From Candidatus Limnocylindrales bacterium (GTDB lineage Bacteria; Chloroflexota; Limnocylindria; Limnocylindrales; CSP1-4): 64,000 bases of DNA. The DNA is taken from positions 5,725 to 69,724 of the forward strand of contig JBBRNM010000002.1 in NCBI GenBank assembly GCA_038230295.1, written 5' to 3'. Position numbers and translations under genes: made by a program. The notes beneath the pieces were generated by a model. It was given only the letters and a program-made list of their open reading frames with translations, was not told the origin of the DNA and ran no database searches. Below are positions 9,167 through 19,113 of the stretch, in pieces; within the stretch, counting starts at the first letter, position 1, and the number at the start of each line of letters is the position of its first letter.

Positions 9167-11251
9167 ATGACCATGAAGAGCGTCGATCTGCCCCACCTGA
9201 GGAGCGTCGTCCTGGCCGGTCACGCGGGGTCCGGCAAGACGACGCTCGGCGAACAGCTCCTCCACCGGTCCGGGGGCGTCACTCGCCTCGGGCGCGTCGA
9301 TGACGGCTCATCGCACCTCGACTTCGAGCCCGAGGAGCAGAAGCGACGCGAGTCGCTGAGCCTCTCGGTCGCCACGTTCGAGGACCAGGGCACCCGGATC
9401 ACCCTCGTCGACACGCCCGGCTATCTCGACTTCGCGGCCGAGGTCGTCTCTGGCTTCCACGCGGCCGACGGCGCGATCCTCGTGATGGACGCCTCGGGCG
9501 GCGTCGAGGCCGGCCTCGAATCCGCAGTGGCCCTCGCTCGAGGCACCCAGACCGCGGCCTGCTTCTTCATCAACAAGTGCGATCGGGAGAATGCCGACGC
9601 GTCCCGGGCGCTCGACGCCCTCCGGACCGTCTTCGGCCCGAAGATCGCGCCGCTCCAGATCGCGATCGGGAGCGCGGAGTCGTTCTCGGGCTACATCGAC
9701 CTCGTCCATCGCAAGGCCTACCGCTCGGAAGGCGGCAAGGACGTCGAGATCCCGATCCCCGACGGATTCGCCGACGAGATGGCCCGTCGGCGCGATCAGC
9801 TCCTCGAGGCTGCGGCCGAGGGCGACGACGATGTCCTCACGAAGTACCTCGAGGGCGAGGAAATCTCCGATCCCGAGCTGGAGGCCTGCCTCCGCAAGGG
9901 CGTCAAGGAGTCGATCCTCGCCCCGGTGCTCGTTGGCAGCGCTGCTTCCGGGATCGGGCTGCAGGCGCTCCTCGACGCGATTGTCCGGTATCTCCCCTCG
10001 CCGGCCGACGAGGGCCCGACGACCGCCTTGGACAAGAGCGGGGCTTCCGTGGAGGTCGCGCCGGATCCCGATGGCCCGCTGCTCGTCCGCGTCTTCAAGA
10101 CCGCCGCGGATCCGTTCGTCGGACGGTTGACGTACCTCCGCGTGCTGTCGGGGACGCTCCACTCCCAGGCCCACGTGTGGAACGCGAGCCGCGAGGCCGA
10201 CGAGCGCATCGGCCAGCTGCTCCTGCTGCACGGCAAGGAGCAGGAGGCGATCGGCGAGCTCGAGGCCGGCGAGATCGGCGCGGTCGCCAAGCTGAGCGCC
10301 ACCGCGACCGGGGACACCCTGTCCACGAAGGAGCACCCGTTCACGCTTGCGCCGATGGATTTCCCATCGCCGATGCTCAGCGTGGCGATCGAACCCCTGA
10401 CGAAGACCGACCTCGACAAGATGGGCCCGGCGCTCCAGCGGATGCTCGAGGAGGAGCCTTCGGCGCGGCTCGAGCGGAGCGACGCCGGCGAGCAGATCCT
10501 CAGGACGATCGGCGAGGCCCACACCGCGGTCATCATCGAGCGGCTCAAGCGCAAGTTCGGGGCCGCGATCACGACGCATACGCCGCGGGTCCCCTATCGC
10601 GAGTCGATCCGGGGCAAGACCCAGGCGCACGGCCGCTACAAGAAGCAGACCGGCGGCCACGGGATGTTCGGAGACGTCTGGATCGAGATCGAGCCGAACC
10701 CGGCCGGTGGCGTCGAGTTTGCCGAGCGGGTCGTGGGCGGGTCGGTCCCGAAGAACTTCTTCCCCGGCGTCGAGAAGGGCATCCGCGAGACCGCGGCCGA
10801 GGGCGTGGTAGCGGGCTACCCGCTGTCCGACTTCAAGGCGACGCTCTACGACGGCTCGTTCCACGCGGTCGACTCGAACGAGCTCTCGTTCAAGATCGCC
10901 GCATCGATGGCGCTCAAGGATGGCGTCCACCAGGCGAAGCCGGTCCTCCTCGAGCCGATCATGACGGTCGCGGTTCGGGTGCCCGAGGAGTACATGGGCG
11001 AGGTCAACCGCGACCTCAACGGCCGCCGCGGCCGGGTCATCGGCATGGACAGCGCCGACGGCCTCCAGGTCGTGAACGCGATGGTGCCGCAGGCCGAGAT
11101 CTTCTCGTACGCCACCGAGCTGCGATCGATCACCGGCGGCCGCGGGACCTTCTCCGCCACGCTCGACCACTACGACGAGGTGCCGGCCCACCTCGCCGAG
11201 AAGGTCATCGAAGCCCACCGCAAGACCGTCGAGCCGACCTCGGGGCATTGA
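9167..11251 (+). CDS. Elongation factor G paralog (EF-G2/FusA2-like translational GTPase)
   Basis: G1 is AGHAGSGKTT (not the canonical AHIDAGKTT). G3 is DTPGYLDF and G4 is NKCD. EF-G domains II-V run through to the C-terminus. The start ATG 9167 (MTMKSVDL) lies 12 nt after GAGG. Confidence 0.85.
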   Translation: MTMKSVDLPHLRSVVLAGHAGSGKTTLGEQLLHRSGGVTRLGRVDDGSSHLDFEPEEQKRRESLSLSVATFEDQGTRITLVDTPGYLDFAAEVVSGFHAADGAILVMDASGGVEAGLESAVALARGTQTAACFFINKCDRENADASRALDALRTVFGPKIAPLQIAIGSAESFSGYIDLVHRKAYRSEGGKDVEIPIPDGFADEMARRRDQLLEAAAEGDDDVLTKYLEGEEISDPELEACLRKGVKESILAPVLVGSAASGIGLQALLDAIVRYLPSPADEGPTTALDKSGASVEVAPDPDGPLLVRVFKTAADPFVGRLTYLRVLSGTLHSQAHVWNASREADERIGQLLLLHGKEQEAIGELEAGEIGAVAKLSATATGDTLSTKEHPFTLAPMDFPSPMLSVAIEPLTKTDLDKMGPALQRMLEEEPSARLERSDAGEQILRTIGEAHTAVIIERLKRKFGAAITTHTPRVPYRESIRGKTQAHGRYKKQTGGHGMFGDVWIEIEPNPAGGVEFAERVVGGSVPKNFFPGVEKGIRETAAEGVVAGYPLSDFKATLYDGSFHAVDSNELSFKIAASMALKDGVHQAKPVLLEPIMTVAVRVPEEYMGEVNRDLNGRRGRVIGMDSADGLQVVNAMVPQAEIFSYATELRSITGGRGTFSATLDHYDEVPAHLAEKVIEAHRKTVEPTSGH

Positions 11252-11271
11252 GCCCCGCGCGCCGCGAGGCC

Positions 11272-11311
11272 CGCCAGGTCGCTCGCCAGGTCGCGCGCCA
11301 AGTCGCGCGCC
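11272..11311. repeat. 12-nt tandem repeat, 3.3 copies, abutting the aminotransferase start codon
   Basis: The units are cgccaggtcgct, cgccaggtcgcg, cgccaagtcgcg, then cgcc. The array is followed directly by the GTG at 11313. Confidence 0.85.
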
Positions 11312-11312
11312 G

Positions 11313-12446
11313 GTGAGTCCCACGCCCGTCACCTTTGCCTCGCCGACAGCACCCGCCGGCTACGCCTGGGAGGCGACGAGCGAGGCGGTTGCGGCGCGCT
11401 ACGGCGTCCCGGTGGATCGCGTCGCCCGGTTCGATCTCAACACCTCGCCGGCGCCACCCGAGCTCGCGGAGCGGCTGCTCTCGGCCGACCATCTCGACCT
11501 GCCGCTGTCGGAGTACCCGCCCTCGGATTACCGGAGGCTCATCGAGGCCGCGGCGGCGCGCTACGACGTGGGCACCGATGAGCTCCTCGTGGGCGCCGGC
11601 GCCGACGAGATCCTCGACCTCGTCGCGAAGGCATTCCTGCCCGTCGGCGGCACGGCCGTGCTCCCGGCTCCCACCTATGCAATGTACCGCGTGCTCACCG
11701 AGCAGCGCGGAGCCCGTCTCGCGGTGGTGCCACGACTCCCGGCCTCCGACGGTTTCGCCCTTGATGTGCCGGCTGTTCGCGCCGCCGCGCGCGAGGCCAA
11801 GCTCGTCTGGCTCTGCAGCCCGAACAACCCCACCGGGCTGGCGGAGCCGGACGGGACGATCGAGACGCTCCTCGATGGCCTCGCCACCGATGCGACCGAG
11901 CAGTGCCGGCCGCTGCCGGTGGTGCTCCTCGACGAGGCGTACGCCGAGTTCGCGGGCACGTCGCTGCTGGGTCTTCGACACCGCTACGACCGCCTCGTCA
12001 TCGTCCGCACGACGAGCAAGGCCTACGCGCTCGCGGGCCTGCGCGTCGGTTTTGCCGTGGCCCAGCCCGCGCTCATCGAAGCCATCGCCCCATACCGGCC
12101 CCCGGGATCGGTCTCGGTCGTCTCCGTGTCGATTGCCGCGGCTGTCCTGGCCGAGCCGACGCTGCCCGCGCCGAACATCGCCCGGGTCCGAACCGAGCGC
12201 GGGCGGCTGGCGAACGGGCTGCGCGATGCCGGCTGGACGGTCCTGCCGTCGGTCACGAACTTCGTGCTGGTGGATCTCGGAAGCCCGGCGCGCGCCGCCG
12301 CGGTGGCCGAGGAATTGCTGCGACGTGGCCTCGTTCCCCGGACCTTTCCGGCCGACCACCCGCTCGCGGCCTGCCTGCGGCTCACCGTCCGCAACGAGGA
12401 GCAGGACGACCGCCTCATCGCGGCGGCGAAGGAGCTCGGCGCCTAG
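11313..12446 (+). CDS. hisC: PLP-dependent aminotransferase, histidinol-phosphate aminotransferase-like
   Basis: Motifs are LNTSPAPP, SEYPPSDY and CSPNNPTG. The PLP-lysine context is RTTSKAYALAGLRVGF. It starts at GTG. The gene symbol is tentative. Confidence 0.75.
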   Translation: MSPTPVTFASPTAPAGYAWEATSEAVAARYGVPVDRVARFDLNTSPAPPELAERLLSADHLDLPLSEYPPSDYRRLIEAAAARYDVGTDELLVGAGADEILDLVAKAFLPVGGTAVLPAPTYAMYRVLTEQRGARLAVVPRLPASDGFALDVPAVRAAAREAKLVWLCSPNNPTGLAEPDGTIETLLDGLATDATEQCRPLPVVLLDEAYAEFAGTSLLGLRHRYDRLVIVRTTSKAYALAGLRVGFAVAQPALIEAIAPYRPPGSVSVVSVSIAAAVLAEPTLPAPNIARVRTERGRLANGLRDAGWTVLPSVTNFVLVDLGSPARAAAVAEELLRRGLVPRTFPADHPLAACLRLTVRNEEQDDRLIAAAKELGA

Positions 12447-13819
12447 CCGACCTTTCGGCCGATGCGAAGCTTCCGCTTCCCGACCCGGATCACCAGCCAC
12501 TCATCGGCAATGGGCGCTGGAACCCGCGCATCGGGCGTCGTCACCCGGGCATTGTTCAGGCTGAGACCGCCCGACGCGATCATTCGCCGGGCCTCGCCGT
12601 TCGAGGCGAACGTGCCGGTCGAGACGAGGAATGGGATCAGCCCGGCCGCCACGTCCGCCGAACGGAAGTCGAACCCGTCCGTGGCCGCGTGGAGTGCCGC
12701 GAGCACCCGCGGGTCCTCGATCGGCCCAGAGCCGAATGCGGCTCCGGAGATCTCGGCCGCCTCGCGTGCAGCGTCGGCGCCGTGGACGCGCGTCGTGATG
12801 TCGTCCGCGAGTGAGCGCTGGGCCGTCCGCAGCTCTGGCCGCGAAGCGAGGTCGCCTTCGAGCACGGCAATCTCGTCCGGACCGAAGGTCGTGAACCAGC
12901 GAAGGTAGGTCGGCACGTCCCGATCGTCCGTGTTCAGCCAGTACTGGTAGAAGGCGAACGGCGTCGTGCCGTCGGGGTGGAGCCAGATCGACTCGCCGGA
13001 CTCGCTCTTGCCGAACTTTGTGCCGGACGGCGAGAGGAGCAGCGGGTAGGCCAGGGCGAAGGCCGGCTCGGCGCCGGCATCTCGACCGGCGGCAGACTCC
13101 GGCGTGCCGCCGGACGCCGTTGCCGCATCGGCCGCTCCCCCGCCGCTCGCCGAGGTCCGCCGGATCAGCTCGAGCCCGGCCGTGATGTTGCCCCACTGGT
13201 CGGCCCCGCCCATCTGGAGCTCGACGCCCATCGTCCGGTGGAGATGCGCGAAGTCGGTCGCCTGGATGAGCATGTAGCTGAACTCGGTGAACGAGAGCCC
13301 GCGTTCCAGCCTGACCTGGACCGAGTCCTTCGCAAGCATGTACGGGATCGTGAAGTGCTTGCCGACGTCCCGCAGGAACTCGATGAGCCGCATCTCGCCG
13401 AGCCAATCGAGGTTGTTGACGAGTCGGGCACCGTGCGGTCCCGAGAAGTCGAGGAGAAGCTCCAGCTGGCCGCGCATCGAGGTCACGTTCGCCTCGAGCG
13501 TCGCGCGGTCGAGCAACCGCCGCTCGCCGGACGTGCCGGACGGGTCGCCGATCATCCCCGTCCCGCCGCCCACCACGGCGATGGGCTGGCCGCCGTGGCG
13601 CTGGAGATGGAGTAGCCCGAAGATCGGGATGAGATGGCCGATATGGAGCCACGGTCCGGACGGATCGAAGCCGATGTAGCCGGAGATCGGCCGTTCCGTG
13701 GCGAGTCGCGCCTCCAGGCCCTCGGAGGCCGCATGGAACATTCCCCGCCAACGCAGCTCGGGGATCAGGCCTGCGGGACCGGGATCGAAACCTGCCGACC
13801 CGGGATCGAACGACGTCAC
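12443..13819 (-). CDS. tyrS: Tyrosine--tRNA ligase
   Basis: Motifs are YIGFDPSGPWLHIGHL (HIGH), GGADQWGNI and KFGKS (KMSKS-like). A C-terminal S4 domain is present (SNGEARRMIASGGLSLN). I chose GTG 13819 as the start. The upstream part of ORF 12443..14737 is antisense to the PBP gene. Confidence 0.93.
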   Translation of the reverse strand: MTSFDPGSAGFDPGPAGLIPELRWRGMFHAASEGLEARLATERPISGYIGFDPSGPWLHIGHLIPIFGLLHLQRHGGQPIAVVGGGTGMIGDPSGTSGERRLLDRATLEANVTSMRGQLELLLDFSGPHGARLVNNLDWLGEMRLIEFLRDVGKHFTIPYMLAKDSVQVRLERGLSFTEFSYMLIQATDFAHLHRTMGVELQMGGADQWGNITAGLELIRRTSASGGGAADAATASGGTPESAAGRDAGAEPAFALAYPLLLSPSGTKFGKSESGESIWLHPDGTTPFAFYQYWLNTDDRDVPTYLRWFTTFGPDEIAVLEGDLASRPELRTAQRSLADDITTRVHGADAAREAAEISGAAFGSGPIEDPRVLAALHAATDGFDFRSADVAAGLIPFLVSTGTFASNGEARRMIASGGLSLNNARVTTPDARVPAPIADEWLVIRVGKRKLRIGRKVG

Positions 13820-13882
13820 AGGCTCACCTGACCAGGCGTCGTGACGCCGACCGATGGGGGAAAAGGGTCCCTCACGGACCCT

Positions 13883-16615
13883 ATGGTATCGTCCGCCGAG
13901 ATGCAAACCAGCCTCCAGAGGCGTCAGCGGCACCGTCGCGCCGGAGCCGCAAGGCGCGGAGGTGGAGGTGGCGCCGGGCGTCGAATCGCTCTCGCCATCC
14001 CGCTGCTGCTCTTCTCCAGCTTCCTCGTGCTCGGTGGCGTGGGATTCGTCGGAGCGGTCAGCGCGTACGCCTACTACAGCCGGGACCTGCCCGATCCGCT
14101 GACGGCCTTCAGCGATCTCTCGTTCGACGAGCCGACGCTGGTCTACGACCGCACGGGCCAGGTCCAGCTCGGGACCTTCGGCGAGCTGAACCGCTCGCTG
14201 GTGACCTTCGCGGACATCCCGCCGGAGCTGGTCGACGCGACGACCTCGATCGAGGACAAGGACTTCTGGAAGAACCCGGGCTTCGACCTGGGCGGCTTCG
14301 TCGCCGCCACCCTCGACACGCTTGCCGGCCATCCTCGCGGCGGATCCACGATCACCCAGCAGCTCGTCCGCGCCCGGCTCCTCCCCGTACCAGCGGCCGG
14401 GAGCTCCGTCTATGACCGCAAGATCCGCGAGATCATCCAGTCGATCCGGCTGACCCAGGCGCTGCCCCCGGGCGACGCCGGCAAGCAGGAGATCATCACC
14501 GCCTACCTCAACCAGAACTTCTACGGCAACCAGAGCTACGGCGTGCGGGCGGCGGCGAAGGGCTACTTCGGCAAGGAGCTCAAGGATCTCAACCTTGCCC
14601 AGATGGCGATCATCGCCGGGATTCCCCAGTCGCCGACGCAGAACGACCTCGTCCGCAACTCCGAGACCCTGTGCTCGGTGACGCTGGCCGACGGCGCCAC
14701 GTGTCCGGCCGCGAAGGTCCAGCTCGTCGTGCCTCAATCAAGCGCGATCGTGCAGCGCCGGAACCAGATCCTGCAGCTCATGGAGACCCGTAGCACCCTG
14801 TCCGCGACCAAGCACACCCTCGCCGACTACGACGCGGCGATGCATGAGCCGGTCATCCTGGCCTCGCAGGCCAGGCCTCCCTGGAAGGCGCCCCACTTCG
14901 TGTGGCAGGTCCGCCAGCAGCTCGGTGACATCCTCTGCGGCGCCGACTCGACCGGTGTCTGCCAGAAGATCGACACGGGTGGCTACCACGTGACCACGAC
15001 CCTCGACTGGAAGATGCAGCAGACCGTCGACAAATGGTTGTACGTCGCGGCGCGGACGCCCCACTTGAAGAGTCCCGCTGCCACGTGGAAGCGCCTGAAG
15101 ATCTCGAGCGTCGACCAGAGCTGGCTCGAGGGCCTCAGGCAGCGGAACATCTTCAACGCTGCGGCCGGTGTGCTGGACTACCGCACCGGCCAGCTCCTCG
15201 CCGTCGCCGGCAGCGCCGGCTACTACCTCGACGGGAACGTGAAGTTCCAGCCCCAGTACGACGTCTTCGACGACGGCTTCCGGCAGTCCGGATCGGCGAT
15301 CAAGCCGATCAACTACATCACCGGCATCAACGAGGGCACGCTGACTGCGGCGACGAGCTTCATGCACGTCGTGACCAACTTCGGCGGCAAGGGCGCGGTC
15401 TATACACCGCAAGAGGACGACAATCTCGAGCGCGGGCCCTTGCGCCTCCGGCCGGCCCTCCAGTTCTCGATGAACATCGCGTCGATCAAGGCGGGCATGG
15501 AGGTCGGGCTGGCGCACGAGTTCGCGAACTTCCAGAACTTCGGGCTCGAGTTCCTGCCCGGGGCGGCTCCGGTCGTCTCGCAGTCCATCGGGACGCTCGA
15601 GACGCATCCCGCGGAGCTGCTCAGCGCCTATGGCGCCATCGCGAACGGCGGCGTGCTGCGGCCGCGGACCACGATCCTCGAGGTCAAGGACAACGCCGGC
15701 AACGTCGTGTTCTCACAGGGGGCGCCCAAGGGCAAGCAGGTCGCGAGCGCGGCGGCTTCCTACGTGATCACCGACATCCTGGCCGGCAATACGATCAAGT
15801 CGGTCAACCCGATCTGGGCCGAATGGCAGATCCTCGACAAGGGCGCGCGCCGGCCCGCCGCCTACAAGACCGGAACGACGGACAACAACAAGGACGTCGC
15901 GGCGTACGGCTATCTCGCCCCGCCGAAGGATCCGAAGGCCCCCGCCCTCGCCGTCGGCGTCTGGATGGGCAACTCTGACTCCACGCCCAACAACGGCAGC
16001 CTGTCGCTCGATTCGTCGGCCCCGACCTGGTCGCGAATCCTCGCCGAGATCAGCCAGGGCCTGCCGATGGCGCAGTTCGCCCGGCCGCCCGGGCTCGTCG
16101 ATGCGACCGTCGATGCCTTCAGCGGGATGCTGCCGGGCCCCGGCACCGTGGCGACGGTCAAGGAGATCTTCGTCAAGGGCACGGTGCCCACGCAGCGCGA
16201 CAACGAACACAAGGCGGTCAACATCGACTCGGCCACCGGAAAGCTCTGGCGCGACGGCTGCACCGGCCCGATGGTCACCCGGGAGTACCTCGACTTCACC
16301 AAGGCCGAGCCGGCCTTCCCGCAGTGGCAGACGTACACGAGGGAATGGGCCGCGCGTGCCGCACGGGGCGTTGGCGTCGCCGGTGGCCCACGCAGAACCC
16401 TGACCTCGTACTTCTACAACTTCAACTTCCACCCGTTTGGCGCTTCGTGGGGCGGCACGTTCGCCCCGACGGCGACGTGCTCCCCGATCCCCCAGGTCTG
16501 CGTCCCCGGCCAGCTGCCACCGAACCCGGATCCCAGCCTGCCACCGCCGACGCCCTGCCCGACGGAGACACCCGGCCCCAGTGGGACCCCGCATGGCGGG
16601 CCGAAACCGACGTGA
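13883..16615 (+). CDS. Class A penicillin-binding protein (glycosyltransferase + transpeptidase)
   Basis: An N-terminal TM segment is present. GT51 motifs are EDKDFWKNPGFD and RGGSTITQQL. Transpeptidase motifs are SGSAIKP (SxxK), SMN and KTGTT, followed by a Pro-rich tail. The start is ambiguous among GTG 13841, ATG 13883 and ATG 13901. Confidence 0.9.
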   Translation: MVSSAEMQTSLQRRQRHRRAGAARRGGGGGAGRRIALAIPLLLFSSFLVLGGVGFVGAVSAYAYYSRDLPDPLTAFSDLSFDEPTLVYDRTGQVQLGTFGELNRSLVTFADIPPELVDATTSIEDKDFWKNPGFDLGGFVAATLDTLAGHPRGGSTITQQLVRARLLPVPAAGSSVYDRKIREIIQSIRLTQALPPGDAGKQEIITAYLNQNFYGNQSYGVRAAAKGYFGKELKDLNLAQMAIIAGIPQSPTQNDLVRNSETLCSVTLADGATCPAAKVQLVVPQSSAIVQRRNQILQLMETRSTLSATKHTLADYDAAMHEPVILASQARPPWKAPHFVWQVRQQLGDILCGADSTGVCQKIDTGGYHVTTTLDWKMQQTVDKWLYVAARTPHLKSPAATWKRLKISSVDQSWLEGLRQRNIFNAAAGVLDYRTGQLLAVAGSAGYYLDGNVKFQPQYDVFDDGFRQSGSAIKPINYITGINEGTLTAATSFMHVVTNFGGKGAVYTPQEDDNLERGPLRLRPALQFSMNIASIKAGMEVGLAHEFANFQNFGLEFLPGAAPVVSQSIGTLETHPAELLSAYGAIANGGVLRPRTTILEVKDNAGNVVFSQGAPKGKQVASAAASYVITDILAGNTIKSVNPIWAEWQILDKGARRPAAYKTGTTDNNKDVAAYGYLAPPKDPKAPALAVGVWMGNSDSTPNNGSLSLDSSAPTWSRILAEISQGLPMAQFARPPGLVDATVDAFSGMLPGPGTVATVKEIFVKGTVPTQRDNEHKAVNIDSATGKLWRDGCTGPMVTREYLDFTKAEPAFPQWQTYTREWAARAARGVGVAGGPRRTLTSYFYNFNFHPFGASWGGTFAPTATCSPIPQVCVPGQLPPNPDPSLPPPTPCPTETPGPSGTPHGGPKPT

Positions 16616-16671
16616 CGCTGACCTGAGGCGCCGGCCTGGCCGAGGAGCCGCGCCGCCATGCGAGTCGCGTC

Positions 16672-19113
16672 TTAACCCATGGTCACGACCGTGACGCCGT
16701 CGCCGCCTTCGCCCTTCTCGCCGGCCCGGATCGACGCCACGAGCGGGTGCGCTGCCGTCTCGGTCCGAACGGCATCTCGCAGCGCGCCCGTGCCCAGCCC
16801 GTGGATGACCGTCACGCGTTCGAGGCCCGCCAGCGAGGCATCCTCGAGATAGGTTCCGAGCGCACCAAGAGCTTCGTCGACCCGAGCGCCGCGCAGGTCG
16901 AGCGACATCGGGACCGTCCGGGCGCGGGCGAGCCGGACCGCACCCACGTTCGTGCCGGCGCCGGCGGATTCGCGCTGCGTGGATGCGGCGCGGGTCTCGG
17001 GTTCCTCGCCGCCGTCGACGAGCTCGAGGTCCTCGAGGTCGACCGTCACGCGCATGCCCCCGGTCTCGAGCGTCGCCCGGCGTCCGGCGCGGTCGAGCGC
17101 GGACACGCGCCCCTCCCACGCCCCGGTGCGGCTGCGGGCTCGCTCGCCGAGCCGCCAGGCCCGGGCGACCGGCGCCGATGCCACGCGCTCGGGCTCCGAC
17201 TCGCCGGGCATGCGCGCGACCCGATCCTCGGCCCGTTCGAGCACGCCATCGATCGCCGGCGCGGTCAGACTGCCGCGCTCCAGCTCCCGGCGCGCAGCAT
17301 CGAGCTCGACGCGGAGGTCGCCAACGATCCGTTCCGCCTCATCGCGGGACCGCCGACCGACCTCGTCCCGTTCGCGCCGCGCCTTGCGCCGGTCCTCGTC
17401 GGCGACCCGTAGGGCCTCGGTGGCGCGAACCTCCGCGTCGCGGGCGCGATCCAGCGCGCCAGCGGCCTCGCCCTCGCTCTCGCGGATCCGGGCCAGCGTC
17501 GCCTCGAAGGTGCGCTGCGATTCCGTGAGCCGGGATCGCGCGTCCGCGACGAGGGCCACCGGAAGCCCGAGACGTTCCGCGATCGCGAACGCCTGCGAGC
17601 CGCCGGGCAGGCCGATCCGCAGCCGATAGGTGGGGCTCAGTGATTCCAGGTCGAACTCGACCGAGGCGTTCATGGCGCCCGCCGTCGTGTGCGCATACGC
17701 CTTGAGCTCGGCGTAGTGGGTCGTTGCGGCGATGAGCGCGCCGGCGTGGATGAAGTGGTCGAGGAGCGCCTGGGCCAGGGCCGAGCCCTCCGTCGGGTCC
17801 GTCCCGGCGCCGAGCTCGTCGAGCAGGACGAGCGTCCCCGGGCCCGCGGCCTCGACGATCCGGATGATCGAGCGCATGTGGCCCGAGAACGTCGAGAGCG
17901 ATTGGGCAATCGACTGCTCGTCGCCGATGTCGGCGAACACGTCGCGAAAGATCGGGAGCCGGCTGCCCGGCGCCGCGGGGACTTGGAGGCCGGCCTGATG
18001 CATGAGCGCGAGGAGACCGAGGGTCCGCAGGGTCACGGTCTTGCCGCCGGTATTCGGGCCCGTGACGACAAGAGCCGTGAACCCGTCGCCGAGGCGGATG
18101 TCGATCGGGACGACCCGGCCGGACAGGCCCGGGTGGCGGGCCGACAGCAGCGTCACCTCCGGCCGGTCGGCCGTCTCGACGCGGGTGGCGTCCATCTCGG
18201 CCGCGAGCTGGGCTTTGGCGGCCCAGAAGTCGAAGCGCGCCAGCGCGCCGAGCGTCTCCCGCAGCGCAACCGCGTTCGCCCCGACCAGCGCCGAGAGCTC
18301 ATCCAGGATGCGATCGATCTCCTCCTGCTCGGCGACCTGGGCCTCGCGCCAGGCATTCCCGAGCTCAACCACCACGAGCGGTTCGACGAACAGCGTCTGG
18401 CCGCTGCCCGAGGCGTCGTGGACGATGCCCTTGACGCGGCTTCGAGCCTCGGCCTTGACCGGGACGACGTAGCGGCCGTTCCGTAAGGTCACGATCGGCT
18501 CCTGGAGCGCGTTGCCCAGCTCCGATCCGACGAGTGCGTCGAGCCGCCGACGAAGACGGTCGAAGGCGACGCGGACCGCTGCCCGCAGGCCACCGAGCCG
18601 CGGCGACGCCGTGTCGAGGAGCTCGCCCGCGGGATCGAACGACCGCGCCAGCGTCGAGGTGATCGCGGGCAGCGGATGCAGCTGCCGGCCGAGGTCCCGC
18701 AGGAGCGGCCAACGCGCCTCCGCAAGCGTGAGCTTCAGGGTCGTCGCGCCATCGAGCGTCGCGGCGATCTCGAGGAAATGCGCCGGATCGAGGCGGCCGC
18801 CGCGGACCGCGCGCTCGACCCATGGCCCGATGTCGCGGGCGCCTCCGATCCCGGCACCGCGGCGCTCGGAGAGCAGCGCACGCGCCTCGTCTGTCTCGTC
18901 GAGCGCCCGGGCGACCAGCACCGGGTCCGATTCCGGGAGGAGCGCCTCGGCGAGCCGTCGGCCCGGCGAGAACGACGTCTTGTCGGCGAGGCGCTCGCGG
19001 ATCAGTGGGAACTCCAGGAGCGCGACGGAGCGGGCGTCCACGAGGGTCAGGTGGCGCGCCGGGAAACGGCGGGGCTTCGCACCTCCGCGAAGCGCCACGG
19101 CAGGCTCCTCCAC
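16672..19113 (-). CDS. mutS2: Endonuclease MutS2 (MutS domain + C-terminal Smr)
   Basis: Walker A is GPNTGGKTV, with DELGAGTDPTEG. The C-terminal Smr domain reads LDLRGARVDEA..VIHGLGTGALR. An alternative start at GTG 19041 would remove the 67-nt overlap with mpg. Confidence 0.9.
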   Translation of the reverse strand: MEEPAVALRGGAKPRRFPARHLTLVDARSVALLEFPLIRERLADKTSFSPGRRLAEALLPESDPVLVARALDETDEARALLSERRGAGIGGARDIGPWVERAVRGGRLDPAHFLEIAATLDGATTLKLTLAEARWPLLRDLGRQLHPLPAITSTLARSFDPAGELLDTASPRLGGLRAAVRVAFDRLRRRLDALVGSELGNALQEPIVTLRNGRYVVPVKAEARSRVKGIVHDASGSGQTLFVEPLVVVELGNAWREAQVAEQEEIDRILDELSALVGANAVALRETLGALARFDFWAAKAQLAAEMDATRVETADRPEVTLLSARHPGLSGRVVPIDIRLGDGFTALVVTGPNTGGKTVTLRTLGLLALMHQAGLQVPAAPGSRLPIFRDVFADIGDEQSIAQSLSTFSGHMRSIIRIVEAAGPGTLVLLDELGAGTDPTEGSALAQALLDHFIHAGALIAATTHYAELKAYAHTTAGAMNASVEFDLESLSPTYRLRIGLPGGSQAFAIAERLGLPVALVADARSRLTESQRTFEATLARIRESEGEAAGALDRARDAEVRATEALRVADEDRRKARRERDEVGRRSRDEAERIVGDLRVELDAARRELERGSLTAPAIDGVLERAEDRVARMPGESEPERVASAPVARAWRLGERARSRTGAWEGRVSALDRAGRRATLETGGMRVTVDLEDLELVDGGEEPETRAASTQRESAGAGTNVGAVRLARARTVPMSLDLRGARVDEALGALGTYLEDASLAGLERVTVIHGLGTGALRDAVRTETAAHPLVASIRAGEKGEGGDGVTVVTMG

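Noticed and set aside
9308-11332. 674-aa minus-strand ORF and 579-aa + ORF (9577..11316) overlapping the EF-G paralog
   Set aside because: Both are Arg/Asp/Pro-rich alternative-frame artefacts of a high-GC gene. Only frame 9167..11251 contains GTPase motifs.
13820-14737. Upstream extension of the tyrS ORF (12443..14737)
   Set aside because: It is antisense to the PBP gene. TyrRS homology starts at GTG 13819.
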